From assembly GCF_006345805.1 (NCBI RefSeq), contig NC_043009.1:8308001-8372000 (forward strand): 64,000 nucleotides of DNA, given 5' to 3'. The stretch is from Octopus sinensis (lineage: Eukaryota). Positions 49,470 through 63,025 of the stretch are shown here, piece after piece; positions within the stretch are counted from its first letter, which is position 1, and each line of letters starts with the position of its first letter. The notes beneath the pieces were generated by a model that was given only the letters and a program-made list of their open reading frames with translations, was not told where the DNA came from and made no database searches. The translations under genes were made by a program, and so were the position numbers.

Positions 49470-50362
49470 ACACACACACAACTGGATCTGCCATCAACTT
49501 TGGTGATGATTGTTCAGTTTTTTTTTTTCAATCAACTAAATCATCTACTTGAATTAATGTATAAAATGACTGAGTATTCCACAGACACATATACTCAAAG
49601 AGATCAACATTTGAATTACTGGGACAATCCATCTGACAAGCTTCCACACAGTTTCCATCTACCCAGTTTCACTCACAAGGCTTGGATCAACCCAAGACTT
49701 TGACTAAAGATATTTGCCCAACATGCCACACGCTGGGATTAAACTTGGAACCTCCCGGTAGTGTCAACCCAAGTTTTGAGTAGACGATGCTGCACAGTTG
49801 AATTGAACCAGAGACCACGTGGTTGTTAAATGAACTTCTCAACCACATGTCCATAGCTGAACCTATCTTGGATGTCATAATCATTTTTATGAAGGCAAAA
49901 AAATATCTTATCCCTTTTCGAAATAACAGACTGTGATTCGAAAGAGATTTGGTTGCTATTTCTGAAAGGACAAGAGATGACATTGAGGCTCCTCCATTGG
50001 CTCAGTCGATGTTATTTTGTTATCAAGGTGCTCTTGCTTTATATGTTTGTTGAGCTTGTGCAATATATTTGTATATTTTCTGACTAATATGGCTTCCATG
50101 ACTAATCTTCTTTAGTACTGGAAGGATATAATATATATATATACGCTCACACACACATTCATACATGTGTGTATATATGCACACACACGTATACACGTGT
50201 GTATGTTATTGTCTCATGGGTTTCATATACAGTTTTGTATTGTGTTGTGTGATATATATTGTAAAGCCATGGTTAGTAAAGATATAAAAGCATGATTTCC
50301 TTTAACAGTTTATGTATAATTACACATACATGTCAACGCATACACGCAAATATGTATGTACG

Positions 50363-50396
<34 letters not shown>

Positions 50397-51500
50397 AACA
50401 GATATGTGAATCTAGCTTTATACTACGTTGTAACCAATCTCACTGTTATGGTATCATTTTGGTTGAGTTCTTTGTTAATGCATTAGAATTAGAGGAAATA
50501 AATCCTGCTTAGAATATTTCTCATCTCTGGAAGATACAAATATATATGTATGAATGTATGTATATATGTATGTATGCATCATACATAAACACAAACACAT
50601 ACACACACAGAGGCATACAAATATATGCGATTCTTTTTATTTCATTTGGCCTAAACCATATTTGTTTTTCAGAGTAACTGTCTTGTTGTAGCTATTGTTG
50701 ATGCTATGTATCTGCATATATGTATGGTGTGTGTGTGTGTGTGTGTGTGTTGTGTGTGTGTGTGTGTGAATATGTATTTATTTATTTTGGGAGCTTGTGT
50801 TTGTCAGTTAATTTATTAGCTGAGGAGGATTGTTGAAAAGTATTACAGAAGGGGAAAAAATTCACACAATAGATATTACAGATGAATGGAGTAAAGAAAT
50901 TGGGGTTGTTGCCTATTATTTATATTTATGACCCCAAAATAACAACACTGTGTCTGTCAGTATATTTATGTATGTGAATAAGCGAGTATGAATGAGTGTA
51001 GATTTTGTGTGTTGCTTTGATATTTGTATGGATGTTGTATTAAAAAGCACCCTCTACTCCACTCCCAGTCGTGTTTAATAGAATGGTATTCATGTGTTAA
51101 GAGATACAGTAAAAAAAAAAATATTAGATGTTCATATATAGCATGGTGCAGGCATGGCTGTATGGTTAAGAAATTTACTTTCCAGTCATGTGGTTCAAGG
51201 TTCAATTCAATCTGGTTGCTTTACAGCTTGAGCAAATGTCTTACTGGATTACTATGGTTAGTGAAATATTTGTTAAAAATGTATGCAGAAGCCCATCTCT
51301 CTCTCTCTCTCTCTTACACACACACACATGCAGTAAGTAATGATGCATGTTTGCCATTCCTGCCACTATGGGGGTTGAGTTAATGATAATCCTAGCAAGG
51401 AACCACTTAAACCATCTTGCGGGATTCTGACACATATCAAGGAGCTTCTCCTGCCATGAGTCTCTCTCTAGATCAGAGGAGAAGCAGCAAGGCTAATATG

Positions 51501-51539
<39 letters not shown>

Positions 51540-52029
51540 CAGGTGTAGAGGTTAACAAGAGAGCCAGCAGTGCTTGACTCAAGATTTAACCTTTTAGCAT
51601 CCAAGTTTCTTTGTCAAATCTCACACTTATATATTTGCATTGTTTTGAATTAATCCTGCATTATCTCATAGCTTCAAGATTTCAATGATGTGATTGTTTA
51701 TTTTTAGAATGACATTGTAGGGTAGGTGTAAGAAGCCAGAGCTTGATGGTTTGAACATAAAACAGGTAGACTATTTGGGCTGGATATAACTGGTTTAAAC
51801 GCTAATGAGTTAATTCTGCTGCCACTACCACCTCTCCCTTCATAGATTTGATGGATGTCTCTCGACTCTTTATCGAGCTCATCCACCCTTGTAGACTTGT
51901 GTTGTTGTTTTTTTTTTGTTTTCTCAAGATGTCTATCCATTGTCTACAAACCATATTAAGACCCTTGAGTGGTGTTGCCAGTTTAGTCACCAATTGCCCA
52001 AACACGAAGCAAGTAATAATGGTTTACAC

Positions 52030-52752
52030 CAGTGGTTCTCAACCATTTTATGTCTGTGGACCCCTTCAATTCCTATTCTACACTTGTAGACCCCTTTCAT
52101 TCCTATTTCACTCTTGTGGACTTCCATAGCCATTTGATGCTTAAAAAAATCCTCTTATATTTTTACAATGAAACATTATTAGCAATTGTAGTTCGTCCAC
52201 TCTGCAGGGTGGCTGGTGTTAGGAAGGGCATCCAGCCATAAAGACCCTGCCAAAACAGCATGGAACGCAGATATTAAGTGATGATGATGATGATGGTTAA
52301 AGCGTCGAGCTTACGATTGTGAGGTTGTGAGCTCGAATCCCGGACCGGGCTGCGTGTTGTGTTCTTGAGCAAGACACTTTATTTCACGTTGCTCCAGTTA
52401 ACTCAGCCGTAGAAATGAGTTGCGCCATCACGGGTGCCAAGCTGTATTGGCCATTGCCTTTCCCTTGGATAACCCTGGTGGCGTGGAGAGGGAAGGCCAG
52501 TATGCATGGGCGACTGCTGGTCTTCCATAAACCACCTTGCCCAGACTTGTGACTAGGAGGGTAACTTTCTAGGTGCAATCCCATGGTCTGTGTCGTGACA
52601 GAAGGGGGTCCCGACCGACCGACCGTCCCGATAAAAAAATTAAAATATTTTGTATATTGTTGAAGTATATCCCATTTATTGCACATAGATTTTAACAACA
52701 GAATCTTATATGAACCCCTAAGGACCATGTGGACCCCAGTTAAGAACCAATA
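52030..52752. mobile_element. hAT-type MITE with nested family B tail and SINE D
   Basis: Left end cagtggttctcaacc, right end gttaagaaccaata; TSD gtttacac/gtttacat (7 of 8). Confidence 0.7.
52276..52612 (+). mobile_element. Full-length SINE family D (tRNA-like head)
   Basis: ggttaaagcgtcgagcttacgattgtgaggttgtgagctcgaatcccggacc head with A/B-box-like motifs. The body matches 20654-20958. Confidence 0.85.
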
Positions 52753-53059
52753 GTTTACATGATTGCTATTAGTAGATGATTTTTTTTTAATGTGACCTGA
52801 CACTAGAAGTGTGTGTGTGTGTTTGTATGTTTAAGTATGTGAAATGCTTGCATCAAGTAGTGTTGCTTTATGTGGAAACTGCAACTTAACAGTTTAACAA
52901 ATAGGGATTGATAAAATAAGAAGACCGAAAGAAGCAGTTCAGTGATCGAAAACAGTAAAAGATCCATAAATATGTGTATATATGTTACTACTGCAAGGGG
53001 CAAGTGTGTTTATGCTAAACTTCATTATGGATAAAATAAGCTACATTCAATAATTGTTA

Positions 53060-53383
53060 CATTCAACCATTTTTGATCAATGGACTCTTTTGATCCCTGT
53101 TTCATTCTAGTAGACCCCCACAGCCACTCGATGTAGAAACTGTTTCCAAAATTCCTATTTTGTTTTCCCCACATTAGCTTGTGTTGATTGGACTAAGTAA
53201 AATGTCAGAGAAAGAAACCCGTCTGTTTCTTACTATACATACCAATACATACATCTGAAGCAAAATTTTTTCAGGGGCCCTTAAAGTAATATTGTAGATC
53301 CCCAATTTACTATTTTGTTACATAGACCCCAAAATTTTATATCAACCCTCAGTGACCATATGGAACCTTGCTGAGAACCACTG
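53060..53383. mobile_element. Partial hAT-type MITE related to 52030-52752
   Basis: tcaaccatttttgatcaatggactc...gctgagaaccactg. The left TIR is eroded. Confidence 0.5.
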
Positions 53384-54204
53384 GGCTAAGCGAACAAGAG
53401 AGCTTTTAATGTGTTTCTTGACCTGCTAGAAATAACAGCAAAATTTCTCTTAAATCACAGTGAGTGCATTAATTCTTTCATTACCGTATTTGTAACAGAT
53501 AGCTTGTCTAAGTGTTTCGATTCATTTTCAAAAAAAAACAAGAAGAGTTTAGTAAAAGACCTATGTTATTTATATATTGGTACATTGCACAGCCATGATC
53601 TCTTTTTATCTGCTTTCTCTTGATTAATTACGCAATTAATCACATCATGGAGAAGTTACTGTAGTTATCTAAAAAAAAAACAATAAAAGAAAACATGAGA
53701 ACTGTTACATTTGCTTTATATTTCTTAAGAGGACTCTCTCTTATGAAATTATGAAATGTCAAAACATTTTGTTGCACTTCTATAACTTGTTAGTCACCAG
53801 ATCACAGAAGACCTACAATTTTTTTCTTGACACCTCGTAGTCAGCTTTTCCCAAAATATGGATAAATATAACAGATCTTGGGGTGTTCTTAAATGACAAA
53901 AATGATTCTTCTATGATGTGATTGTTAGAGTTTCAACACATGAACTCAAATCATGTCACTTGCCAAACACTAAAATATAATTAGAAGAAATATTCGAGTT
54001 GCCAAGAACTCATTTGGCAGCTCCAAAATTCTTTAAATTAGATTTTGATGCAGTATTTTATCTAGATACGAACCCTTCAAAATTTTGTGTGTTTGGTATT
54101 AAAAGGGTTGAAATGACACATATAATGTTGTCGTGGAGGTACAATGAGCAGAGAAATAAGATGTGATAGTCACAGATGGAATGCCTTTCGTCATAAGTTT
54201 ACTC

Positions 54205-54430
54205 TTATGTGTGTGCGTGTATGTTTGTGTGTCTGTGTTTGTCCCCCTAGCATTGCTTGACAACCGATGCTGGTGTGTTTATGTCCCCGTCACTTAGCAG
54301 TTCGGCAAAAGAGACCGATAGAACAAGTACTGGGCTTACAAAGATTAAGTCCCGGGGTCGAGCTGCTCGATTAAAGGCAGTGCTCCAGCATGGCCGCAGT
54401 CAAATGACTGAAACAAGTAAAAGAGAAAGA
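54205..54430 (+). mobile_element. SINE family A, 3' half
   Basis: Matches the post-microsatellite body of 6254-6698. Confidence 0.85.
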
Positions 54431-55517
54431 GATACACGCATGTATGTTTTTTTTTTTATTTGTCACATCAAACAATCAGTGATTTTATGTGATGCTGTTC
54501 ACCTAGCGTGAGTAATGATTACTCTGTTCTTAGACATTTAAAGTACAAATAACCAAGTGGAGATTAGGAAAAAAAAAATATCAAGACGACATCGAGCTTT
54601 AGAGAAGTCTTAAAAATAAATTACCAGCACTTCATATATATCATGCAGCACATTTTAAATCAAATAATATATTCTTCAAAGCAACAAATTGGCAGAATTG
54701 TTAAAATGTTGGTTAAAATGTATCAATGTATAGGTTCCAGCTCTCTGCACTCATTTTTGTTATCATCATTTACTGTCCATCTCTCATGCTGACATGGGTT
54801 GAACTATAAGTTCAAATTCTGCCAAGGTCAACTTTGCCTTTTACTCTTTTAGGATTGATAAAAAGAAAAATATCAAGTCATGGCTGTGTGGTTAAGAAGC
54901 TCACTTAGCAGCCACATGGCCTCAGGTTCAGTTTAACTGTGCAGCACCTTGGACAAGTATTTTCTACTGTAGTTCTTGGCCAACCAATGCTTTGTAAGTG
55001 CATTTGGTAGATAGAAACTGTGTGGAAGCTCATCATATATATATATATATCCATAATGGCTGATCTTAGCAGTTGGTTTTGCACTAGGGGTCTAATGGAG
55101 TGTTAGATAACAGCCTGGTTATGTAACCCTGTGCTCTTCAGAGATGGCATTTATGGAATGAAATATCACAACTCTGCATCCTGTGCTTTATAGCTGCTAT
55201 CCTTGGCAATGTGCTCTACACAGTCATAAAAGAGGAGTCACCATATTTCATTCAAGAACTGCTATCTCTGAAGAGCACAGGATTGAACCCTTAGTGCAAA
55301 GCCTCTTGGTAAGATCAGGTGTAATGGATATATAGTACTGTACACTTCCATTAATATATATATATATATATATATAGATAGATAGATAGATAGATGTTTA
55401 ATAATGATGATAATATATGTGTCTCTCTGCCTGTCCACTGCTTGATAACCAGTGTTAGTTTATTTTATATTCTGTAACTCAATGGTTTGGCAAAATAGAC
55501 CAATAGAATATGTGTTG

Positions 55518-55690
55518 AGCTTAAAAAAGTAGGTACTGGGGTTAATTTGTTTGAATAAACCCTTCAAGGCAGTGCCCCAGCTCGACCACAGTCCAGTGAG
55601 TGAAACAAGCATCAGATGAGAAATAAAGATAAATCCAAGGTATTGAAATGGCAGGATTGCTAGAATATTTGATGTGATGCCTTTTGGTAT
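55518..55690 (+). repeat. First arm of a ~170-bp inverted repeat pair (partner 57855-58025)
   Basis: agcttaaaaaagtaggtactggggttaatttg...gatgtgatgccttttggt matches the reverse complement of 57855-58025 with about ten substitutions. Confidence 0.9.
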
Positions 55691-56581
55691 CTCTACCAAC
55701 TCTTTGTATTCTGACAGTAACACCTGTGACTCTACTGATGCCAAGCTAGTTGGCCATTAACGAAAGCCTTTAGGCTATTATTAATGGCCTAATAAACCAT
55801 TAACTCAAATTACACACATTAACACAAATAATAGGTGCAAGTGTAGTTGTGTGGTTGAGAAGCTTGCTTCCTATGTGGCCTCAGGTTCAGTCCCACTGTT
55901 TGGCACTTTGATACAGATTCTTCTATTATGGCCCCTGGCTAACCAAAGCCTTGTCAGTATGTTTGGTAAGTGGAAATTAAAAAAAAAAAACAGCCATCAA
56001 ATATATATATGTGCATATTGATGTGTACCCTTGTCTAGACATCAGGTGATGGCTATAAATGATCAGCAGTGTCATAGAAGTGAGATTATTTGTTTCTGAT
56101 CTTCTGAGAAAGGAATGTCAAGCTATGGCGAAAATATCTTGCTTGTAAACAAGTGAGGGTTGGCAATAGGAAGAGCTGAAAATTTGCCTTAACAAGCATG
56201 GGAAAGCAGACTTTGAATGATGATGATGATGATGGCAGCAGCACTTGTTGTTTTTATCCTTGGACAACACTGATGGCTTGGAGAAGGGAAATATGCATTG
56301 ATGGGACAACTGCTAGTCTTCCACAAAATAAACATTGCACAGCCTACACGTGTAGCTGTAGATGCATGGTCAGTCCTGAACAAAAGGAACTCTTTAACAA
56401 TGAATGAGGAAGTGTCTACAACAGCTGCTTAATCTGCTAGAAATAGCTGAGAAGTCTGTCAAATTACACACTAATATTTAAAAAAGGAAAAGTCACATTG
56501 AATTGTTGTGGTCCTAAATGTAAACTCTCTGAGAAAGCATAGTCATAGCTGAATTGCTTTTGATCATAGATTTGCTTAATC

Positions 56582-56825
56582 ATAATAATAATAATAATGA
56601 AATTATTGTATACAGTGCTCAGGTGCACCACAACTTGTCAAAAGTGCATATAAAGTATATGCAGTGATGTGCAAATGTCTGGAAAGCGAACAGTGTATGA
56701 GTCAGATACATGTTTGCGTGTGTATGGAGGGGAGAAAATCAGGTGTAGTGTTGGCGAATCTCAGGAAGCATGGAAGTTTTGAAGGATGCAGTGCTCCGAC
56801 AACTAACAACTAATGCCGGCAGTTT
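56582..56825 (-). mobile_element. CR1/L2-like LINE 3' end with an (ATT)n tail, inserted into a family E repeat
   Basis: The minus strand reads KLPALVVSCRSTASFKTSMLPEIRQHYT-stop, then UTR and tail. The flanks rejoin as gcttaatca|ggctgacctggggctaaacaac of family E. Confidence 0.6.
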
Positions 56826-57854
56826 GGCTGACCTGGGGCTAAACAACTTCAGCAACAACACCACTTTTCATAATATAAAAATGATGATGTTGCTGAGTCT
56901 AAGTTTAGCCTTCCCTGAACAGAACTATGATGGAAGGCATTCCAGCAAAGCCAACTTTCACTGAGACAGTCTCATCATATAATGTGTTTATCCCTTTTCA
57001 TGATAGTTGTTGTAATTTGAGGAAGATTTGGCTGCTATTTTTAATAGATTGAATGATCACATAGAAGCTTTATAGATGGCTCTTGAAAGAAGATGTTTAT
57101 CTTGAAATTGTTTTTTTTTTTTTAAATCTAGATATTTATAGCTAAATTTTGTCAGTCAAACCAAATGAAGTTGTATGATAGATAACTCACCAAGTTCTCT
57201 GGAGTACATAGAAGTTGAGTTCATCCTCTTGTCATTATCCACCCTTCATTGGAGTCCATTCTGCTGCGTTCCTCTGGTCTGAAGCTAATTCAGTACCTTG
57301 ATACAATGCTTGTTCTAGCAACATAACTATTTGATAGAGAATAGAGGTAAATGTAGTGTTCTGACAGACCCTTCCAGTTAGACATGACTAAAAGCTGGTT
57401 GTGGTTAGTAACTCTTCAAAAGACGGTTTGGTTTGTCGGAATGCCCAGCTGTAGCCACTCACTGCCAACCAGGGCACTTACTGGAATTACATAGTGGTTC
57501 TGTAGCAACCAATGGATTGTAGTTTCTCCAATGAGTTTCGAAGGCTTTGAAAAGGTCCTGGATGCTGCCCCTTCAGAACCTGTCTGTCAAGCAAAACATA
57601 ATTCACATGTAGCCTTCATGTCAATCATATCCACTCTATGTAGTCATTCAAACATCTAGAAATAGCAGTCAAATTACCTTAGATTGCAGTCTATCTTTCT
57701 TTTGTTTGTGTCAGTCATCAGACTACATTTCTTCTAGAGCACCCCCTTGAAGGGTTTAAGACAAACAGATTGACCCCAGTATTTACCATACAGCCACACC
57801 TGTGCCTATATATATAAATATATGTATATATATATATATATACACATACATACA

Positions 57855-58025
57855 CCAAAAGGCATCACATCAAATATTCTAGCAATCCTGCCAATTCAAT
57901 GCCTTGGATTTATCTTCATTTCTTATCTGATACTTGTTTCACTCACTGGACTGTGGTCATGCTGGGGCACTGCCTCGAAGGGTTTATTCAAACAAATTAA
58001 CCCCAGTACCTACTTTTTTAAGCTT
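57855..58025 (-). repeat. Second arm of the ~170-bp inverted repeat pair
   Basis: Reverse complement of 55518-55690. Confidence 0.9.
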
Positions 58026-60091
58026 TGTATAATAGTCTTTTTTCCTAGCATTTTTCAGATGGCCACATAACCGAAGAGATGGTGGTGTGGATTTCCACCT
58101 CAGCATCCGGAACTCAGAGTTTTATCTTGGCAACCGAATAATTGTCACACATTATTTTACACATAAATTCCCTCTATTTACATAATATTGAGGCCTCTTT
58201 CTTTCTTTTGTTATCTTACCGTTTTTACCAATATATATATATATTTTTTCAAAGTACACATTGGATAATGTTGTCCTAGATATACTGTGTCTTAATAAAA
58301 GACAAGAAGGTTGAAACTGGAATGCTTTTGACTACAGGTCTGCTTAATCAGGGCTGACCTGACCCTAAACAACAATGTTGACAGACTAACAAGGGAGCTT
58401 CCAGGTTGTCATGTGACTGAACAGCAGCCAAATTCCTTCAGAACGTGTTCTACTGTCTTCAAAAAGCATGACACATTAAACAATGAAGACTAGCTCACAC
58501 AAAGGAAGAGACAGGCACTGCTGGATCGTCTTTCATCAGTACTGACCTGCAGTTGAACAATAACAACAAGCTGAACAACAATAACAACAACTGCAAATGA
58601 GCATTACGGGGGAGAAAAAGACGTAGGTCTGTGACACTTCTGTACAGTTGATGTATTATTAGTAAAATAATAATGATGATGATGATGGTGGTGGTGATGG
58701 AGATGAAGATAACATTTTTATTCATACTTGTATGTAATGAATGCTTTGCATCTGATTATTAACTGGGACTGATATTGATTTCTCAGTTCAATAGATTGAG
58801 TTAAAATGTAGTGTTTGTCTTCAAAATTTCATAGAAACTTCACCATATTTGTTGAAGTTATCTGATCAGGACATGATAATAGCCAACAGCCATTTATTTA
58901 TTATTGAATTTTATTGAACTAACAAATATGATATAAACTGACAAAAACATCTGTACTTGCTGTTTTTCTTTGTTGTTGTTGTTTTATATTGTATCGATTT
59001 GCTTGAGAAATGGTCGGCATTGCTCACTGGCAATGTGTTCTTCAAATTCTGAAAGAAGAAGAAAAAGGGGAAGACAAAAAAAAAAGATACTTTTAACCCT
59101 ATGGGACTTGTTTATAATTAGGGTTGCTTAGAAGAAATCAGGATGAAAAAATTTTATTTGGTAATAATACAGAACAGGTGAATCCAAACATCCAGTTTGT
59201 AGCAATGAGACAGTGTGTGTGTGTGTGTGTGAGTATGTGTTTAGAGTGAGAATAGCTTTTCTTTCTAACATATACTAAAGATATGACTATGTTTGAGTTT
59301 GACCTTGAGTATTAAGGGTGTTTTTCTTTTATATTTCATTATCAGATCTTTATGTTAGTTTGAAACATTATCTTTTCCAAATCATTTAGTCCATTAATGT
59401 TGTGTGTGTATATACTCTGTATTCGTTTCTCTTTGCATCTGTTATTCATTATTGATTTTCTATAAAAATGAAGTTGTATCCCTTAATTTGCTGCTTTTCT
59501 ATACACAAACTGGGAAGATGTCTTGCGGAACAGTTGTTATTCTAATGAGATACATCTTGTAATCGCCTGAAGAGACACAGCTACACTGATAGATACTCCT
59601 AAACCAGTTGTTAAACATCCCACCCATGAGGGATCAATGCTAGATAGTTTGAAACAATTGTAGTGGTTCATAAACATTCTTGTATCTTCCATCCTTTGAC
59701 AAAAGAAAGGGCACTCAGCACATTGGGAGTTACATGCATGTATATTATATATACATGTATTTATAGTGTATATAAATACCATCAGGCTGGTCAGAATTCT
59801 GATCAGCCTGAAGAGAGGCTCCACTAGGGGCTTCAAAATTTGAAGTAGCACAGAATTCAAATCACTGTTTTGAACAATATATATATATTTATGGAGAGAG
59901 AGAGTGAAAAGTTTTGTTTGCAAGATTTTCCCCCCCCCCCTCATGGTGAGTTGTAGTAAAAAATATAAGAAGGAGGAAAATGCACAGAATGTATATATTT
60001 TTTAATGTAATAGAATATTCAATGTAGTCAGCTGATTTTGTTTTTGCTAATCATGATTAAGAAATTAGTGAAAATATATATATGTATATAT

Positions 60092-60801
60092 ATCAACAAT
60101 CAAGGAACGGCCATAATAGGCCATTCACCCACTAGAATAACAGCCAAAGCTTCAACCGCAAATAACATTAATTCCGCAAACCAGGAGAAAATAAAAAATT
60201 TTACCCTGTAATTTCTTATACGATGCACCGTTTCATCTACTGTTTAATGGTAACTAACCTGATTAAATTAAATCAAGCTAATCTTCCATAGGCCCTTAGA
60301 TTCGTCAGTAAGAAATAGCCAGATCGGAACAGATATTTTCACGAGGCATTTCTGTCCCTGCCTCGGCAATATCTGACCTAAAATTTTCAAATCATCGCAC
60401 TCGCGCCAAATTAATTATGAATTTTCTGGTTGATTCCGTAATGGAATCGGCGGCTTATATTTATTTGCTGCCGATAATTTGGCGCGAGCGCGATGATTTG
60501 AAAATTTTAGGTCAGATATTGCCGAGGCAGGGACAGAAATGCCTCGTGAAAATATCTGTTCCGATCTGGCTATTTCTTACTGACGAATCTAAGGGCCTAT
60601 GGAAGATTAGCTTGATTTAATTTAATCAGGTTAGTTTACCATTAAACAGTAGATGAAACGGTGCATCGTATAAGAAATTACAGGGTAAATGTTTTTTAAT
60701 TTTCTCCTGGTTTGCGGAATTAATGTTATTTTGCGGTTGAAGCTTTGGCTGTTATTTCTAGTGGGTGAATGACCTATTATGGCCATTCCTTGATTGTTGA
60801 T
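60092..60801. mobile_element. 710-bp fold-back element (long palindrome, MITE-like)
   Basis: Arms 60092-60413 and 60475-60801 are reverse complements, with three substitutions and a few small indels noted. 61-bp spacer. Confidence 0.92.
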
Positions 60802-60843
60802 GTTGAACTTATAAATGGTCTATGACTATTTAATTTTTTCCCA

Positions 60844-60888
60844 CTAGGCCGCTGGTGGCAAAAAAATTCTACAAAATTTTTTGCCACC
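60844..60888 (-). mobile_element. Possible Helitron-like 3' terminus
   Basis: 12-bp stem GGTGGCAAAAAA/TTTTTTGCCACC, ending 10 nt before CTAG|T on the minus strand. Confidence 0.35.
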
Positions 60889-61226
60889 CTATATTGATTA
60901 ATATATGTATATATATATAAGGTTATCCGTAATAATGAAGGGTGAAATTAATTAATTTGGAATAATTATCAATTACACCTAGTAGTCTTCGGCATGTAAA
61001 AGCCTCATTCGAGGAAAATTTAAGTAATACTAAGCAATAAAGGGTTTAGCAACGAATTGCCTTACCACATACCGAATTTAGAAATAGCAGTCAAAGAGTT
61101 ATAGCTATTTCTTCTACTAAAAAGGGAGATCTCAGTAAAAACAGCAATTGGAAGGCAGACACAAACAGGTAAGAGAGAATGAATTGACGGCAATCTATCA
61201 TACAATTTTAAGTTTATATATATATA

Positions 61227-61382
61227 TGAGTGGCTGTGTGGTAAGAAGCTTGCTTCCCAACCACATGGTTCTGGGTTCAGTCCCACTGTGTGGTACCTTG
61301 GGCATGTGTCTTCTACTACAGCTTCGGGCCAACCAAAGCCTTGTGAGTGGATTTGCTTGATGGAAACTGAAAGAAGCCCATC

Positions 61383-61422
<40 letters not shown>

Positions 61423-61575
61423 TTGTTATTTGTGCCTGTGTCTGTCCCACCACCATCACTTAACAACTGATGTTGGCATGTTTACATCACTGTCATTTAG
61501 TGGTTTGGCAAAAGAGACTAATATAGAGTAAGCACTAGGCTTACAAAGAATAAGTCCTGGGGTCGATTTGTTTGA
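61227..61575 (+). mobile_element. SINE family A, 3'-truncated
   Basis: Head, microsatellite and body up to ctggggtcgatttgtttgact. Confidence 0.85.
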
Positions 61576-61838
61576 CTGTCAAACGGCCATCTCATCATCT
61601 TTTAAACATTGAGAGAAAGAATCAAGGTAGACTATGTCATACTTCAACCCTGGCATCTCTTGTTGCAATCAGACAGGCCTCCCATTATCTTTAATACAGT
61701 TGTGCCAATGATATAGGGGCTTCAAAAATCAAGTTCTGTGGCTACTGAACTTTCTCCACACTAATTGCTAACAAATGACCACAGGGTTTCAGAAACATTG
61801 GTTACATTCTTTACTATGTGAAAACACTGATGGCTATA

Positions 61839-62143
61839 CAGGGATTCCTCGACTTGCGCGAGTAATTGGGGGACGCGCAATTCGAAATTTGCGCAAGTCG
61901 AGTACCAGATATTGTTTTCTATAAATATTTTCCGGGATAACTGCTAAATATTGTTATATTAAAGAAACACTTGGAGAAAGTATTGAATGAACTTTCTTTC
62001 TATTTGAAACCAAAAAACTTTTATTGGTGACTGCTTTGTACGAATACAAATTACAAATTACAAGCGCAAGTCGAGAATACAACTCGCGCAACCTGAACAC
62101 TCGGTATCAAAAGTCGAATTTCGCGCAAGTCGGGGAATCCCTA
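61839..62143. mobile_element. Tc1/mariner-pogo-type MITE (305 bp)
   Basis: TIRs cagggattcctcgacttgcgcga and tcgcgcaagtcggggaatcccta, flanked by TA. Internal gcgcaagtcgag repeats; CpG-rich. Confidence 0.88.
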
Positions 62144-62675
62144 TATAGCTACAAAACAGCTGAAGGCGTGAAGCACCAGACTGTAAATTCGCTAGCTGTG
62201 AGTTCATATTCTACTGTAAGCACTTCATTCTACTTTTGACTCAATCATTTAAATTTACTTTCGTCAGTTCACCTTGTTAGCAGTTGTTTTACTTTCTGGG
62301 AAAGTCATCTGTAATAGATTAGCAGCCTCCACTATATTCAGACGTGAGATTTAATCTCACATCTGCTCAATTCTACAGAAATACCAAGTTAAGCATCAGC
62401 CCTGTTTTATTCCTGTAACTGATGCAGGGACAGATAGAGCTAATGCTGTACTTAACCCAAATTAGTGTGAATAAATAAATGTATTTTAAGTACTTTGTGG
62501 TATATGTTAATCCTCCTAAAGTATCTATATCTAAAATAAAAGGATCATTATTTGCATCAGTATTGCAATATTATCTTGGTTTGGTTTGGAGGAAACAGGA
62601 GGGGGTGGGGATTGCAAGCTCTTCAAGGTAGTGATAAATGATGGAAGAATCAAATCGGTGAGGAAATCTCTATAC

Positions 62676-62971
62676 CGTGGTTCTCAACCAGGGTCCATAC
62701 GGTCCTTGGGGCTACATACGACCCTTGGGGCTACATACGACCCTTGGGGCTCCATAAAGATTTTGTTGTTAAAATTTATGTGCAACAAATTGGTTTTAAT
62801 TCTACAAGGCACAAAATATTTCAACAATTTTTTTAAAACAATTTCTTAATAATATTTAATTCTAAAAATAAAACAGGATTTTTTTTAAAGCATCAGATGA
62901 ATATGAGGGTCCATCTGAATAAAATAAGAATCAAAGTGGGTTCATAGGTGAAAAATGGTTAAGAAACACTG
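62676..62971. mobile_element. hAT (Charlie-like) MITE, 296 bp
   Basis: Ends cgtggttctcaacca and tggttaagaaacactg, with a perfect 8-bp TSD ctctatac. Internal 19-bp tandem acccttggggctacatacg, ~3 copies. Confidence 0.9.
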
Positions 62972-63025
62972 CTCTATACAGTTACTTGATCTATTAGAAA
63001 TAGCAGCCAACTTTCTTTTTAATTA

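Noticed and set aside
59537-59944. 135-aa minus-strand ORF
   Set aside because: It crosses simple repeats and a G-run, has no recognisable motif and no convincing splice sites.
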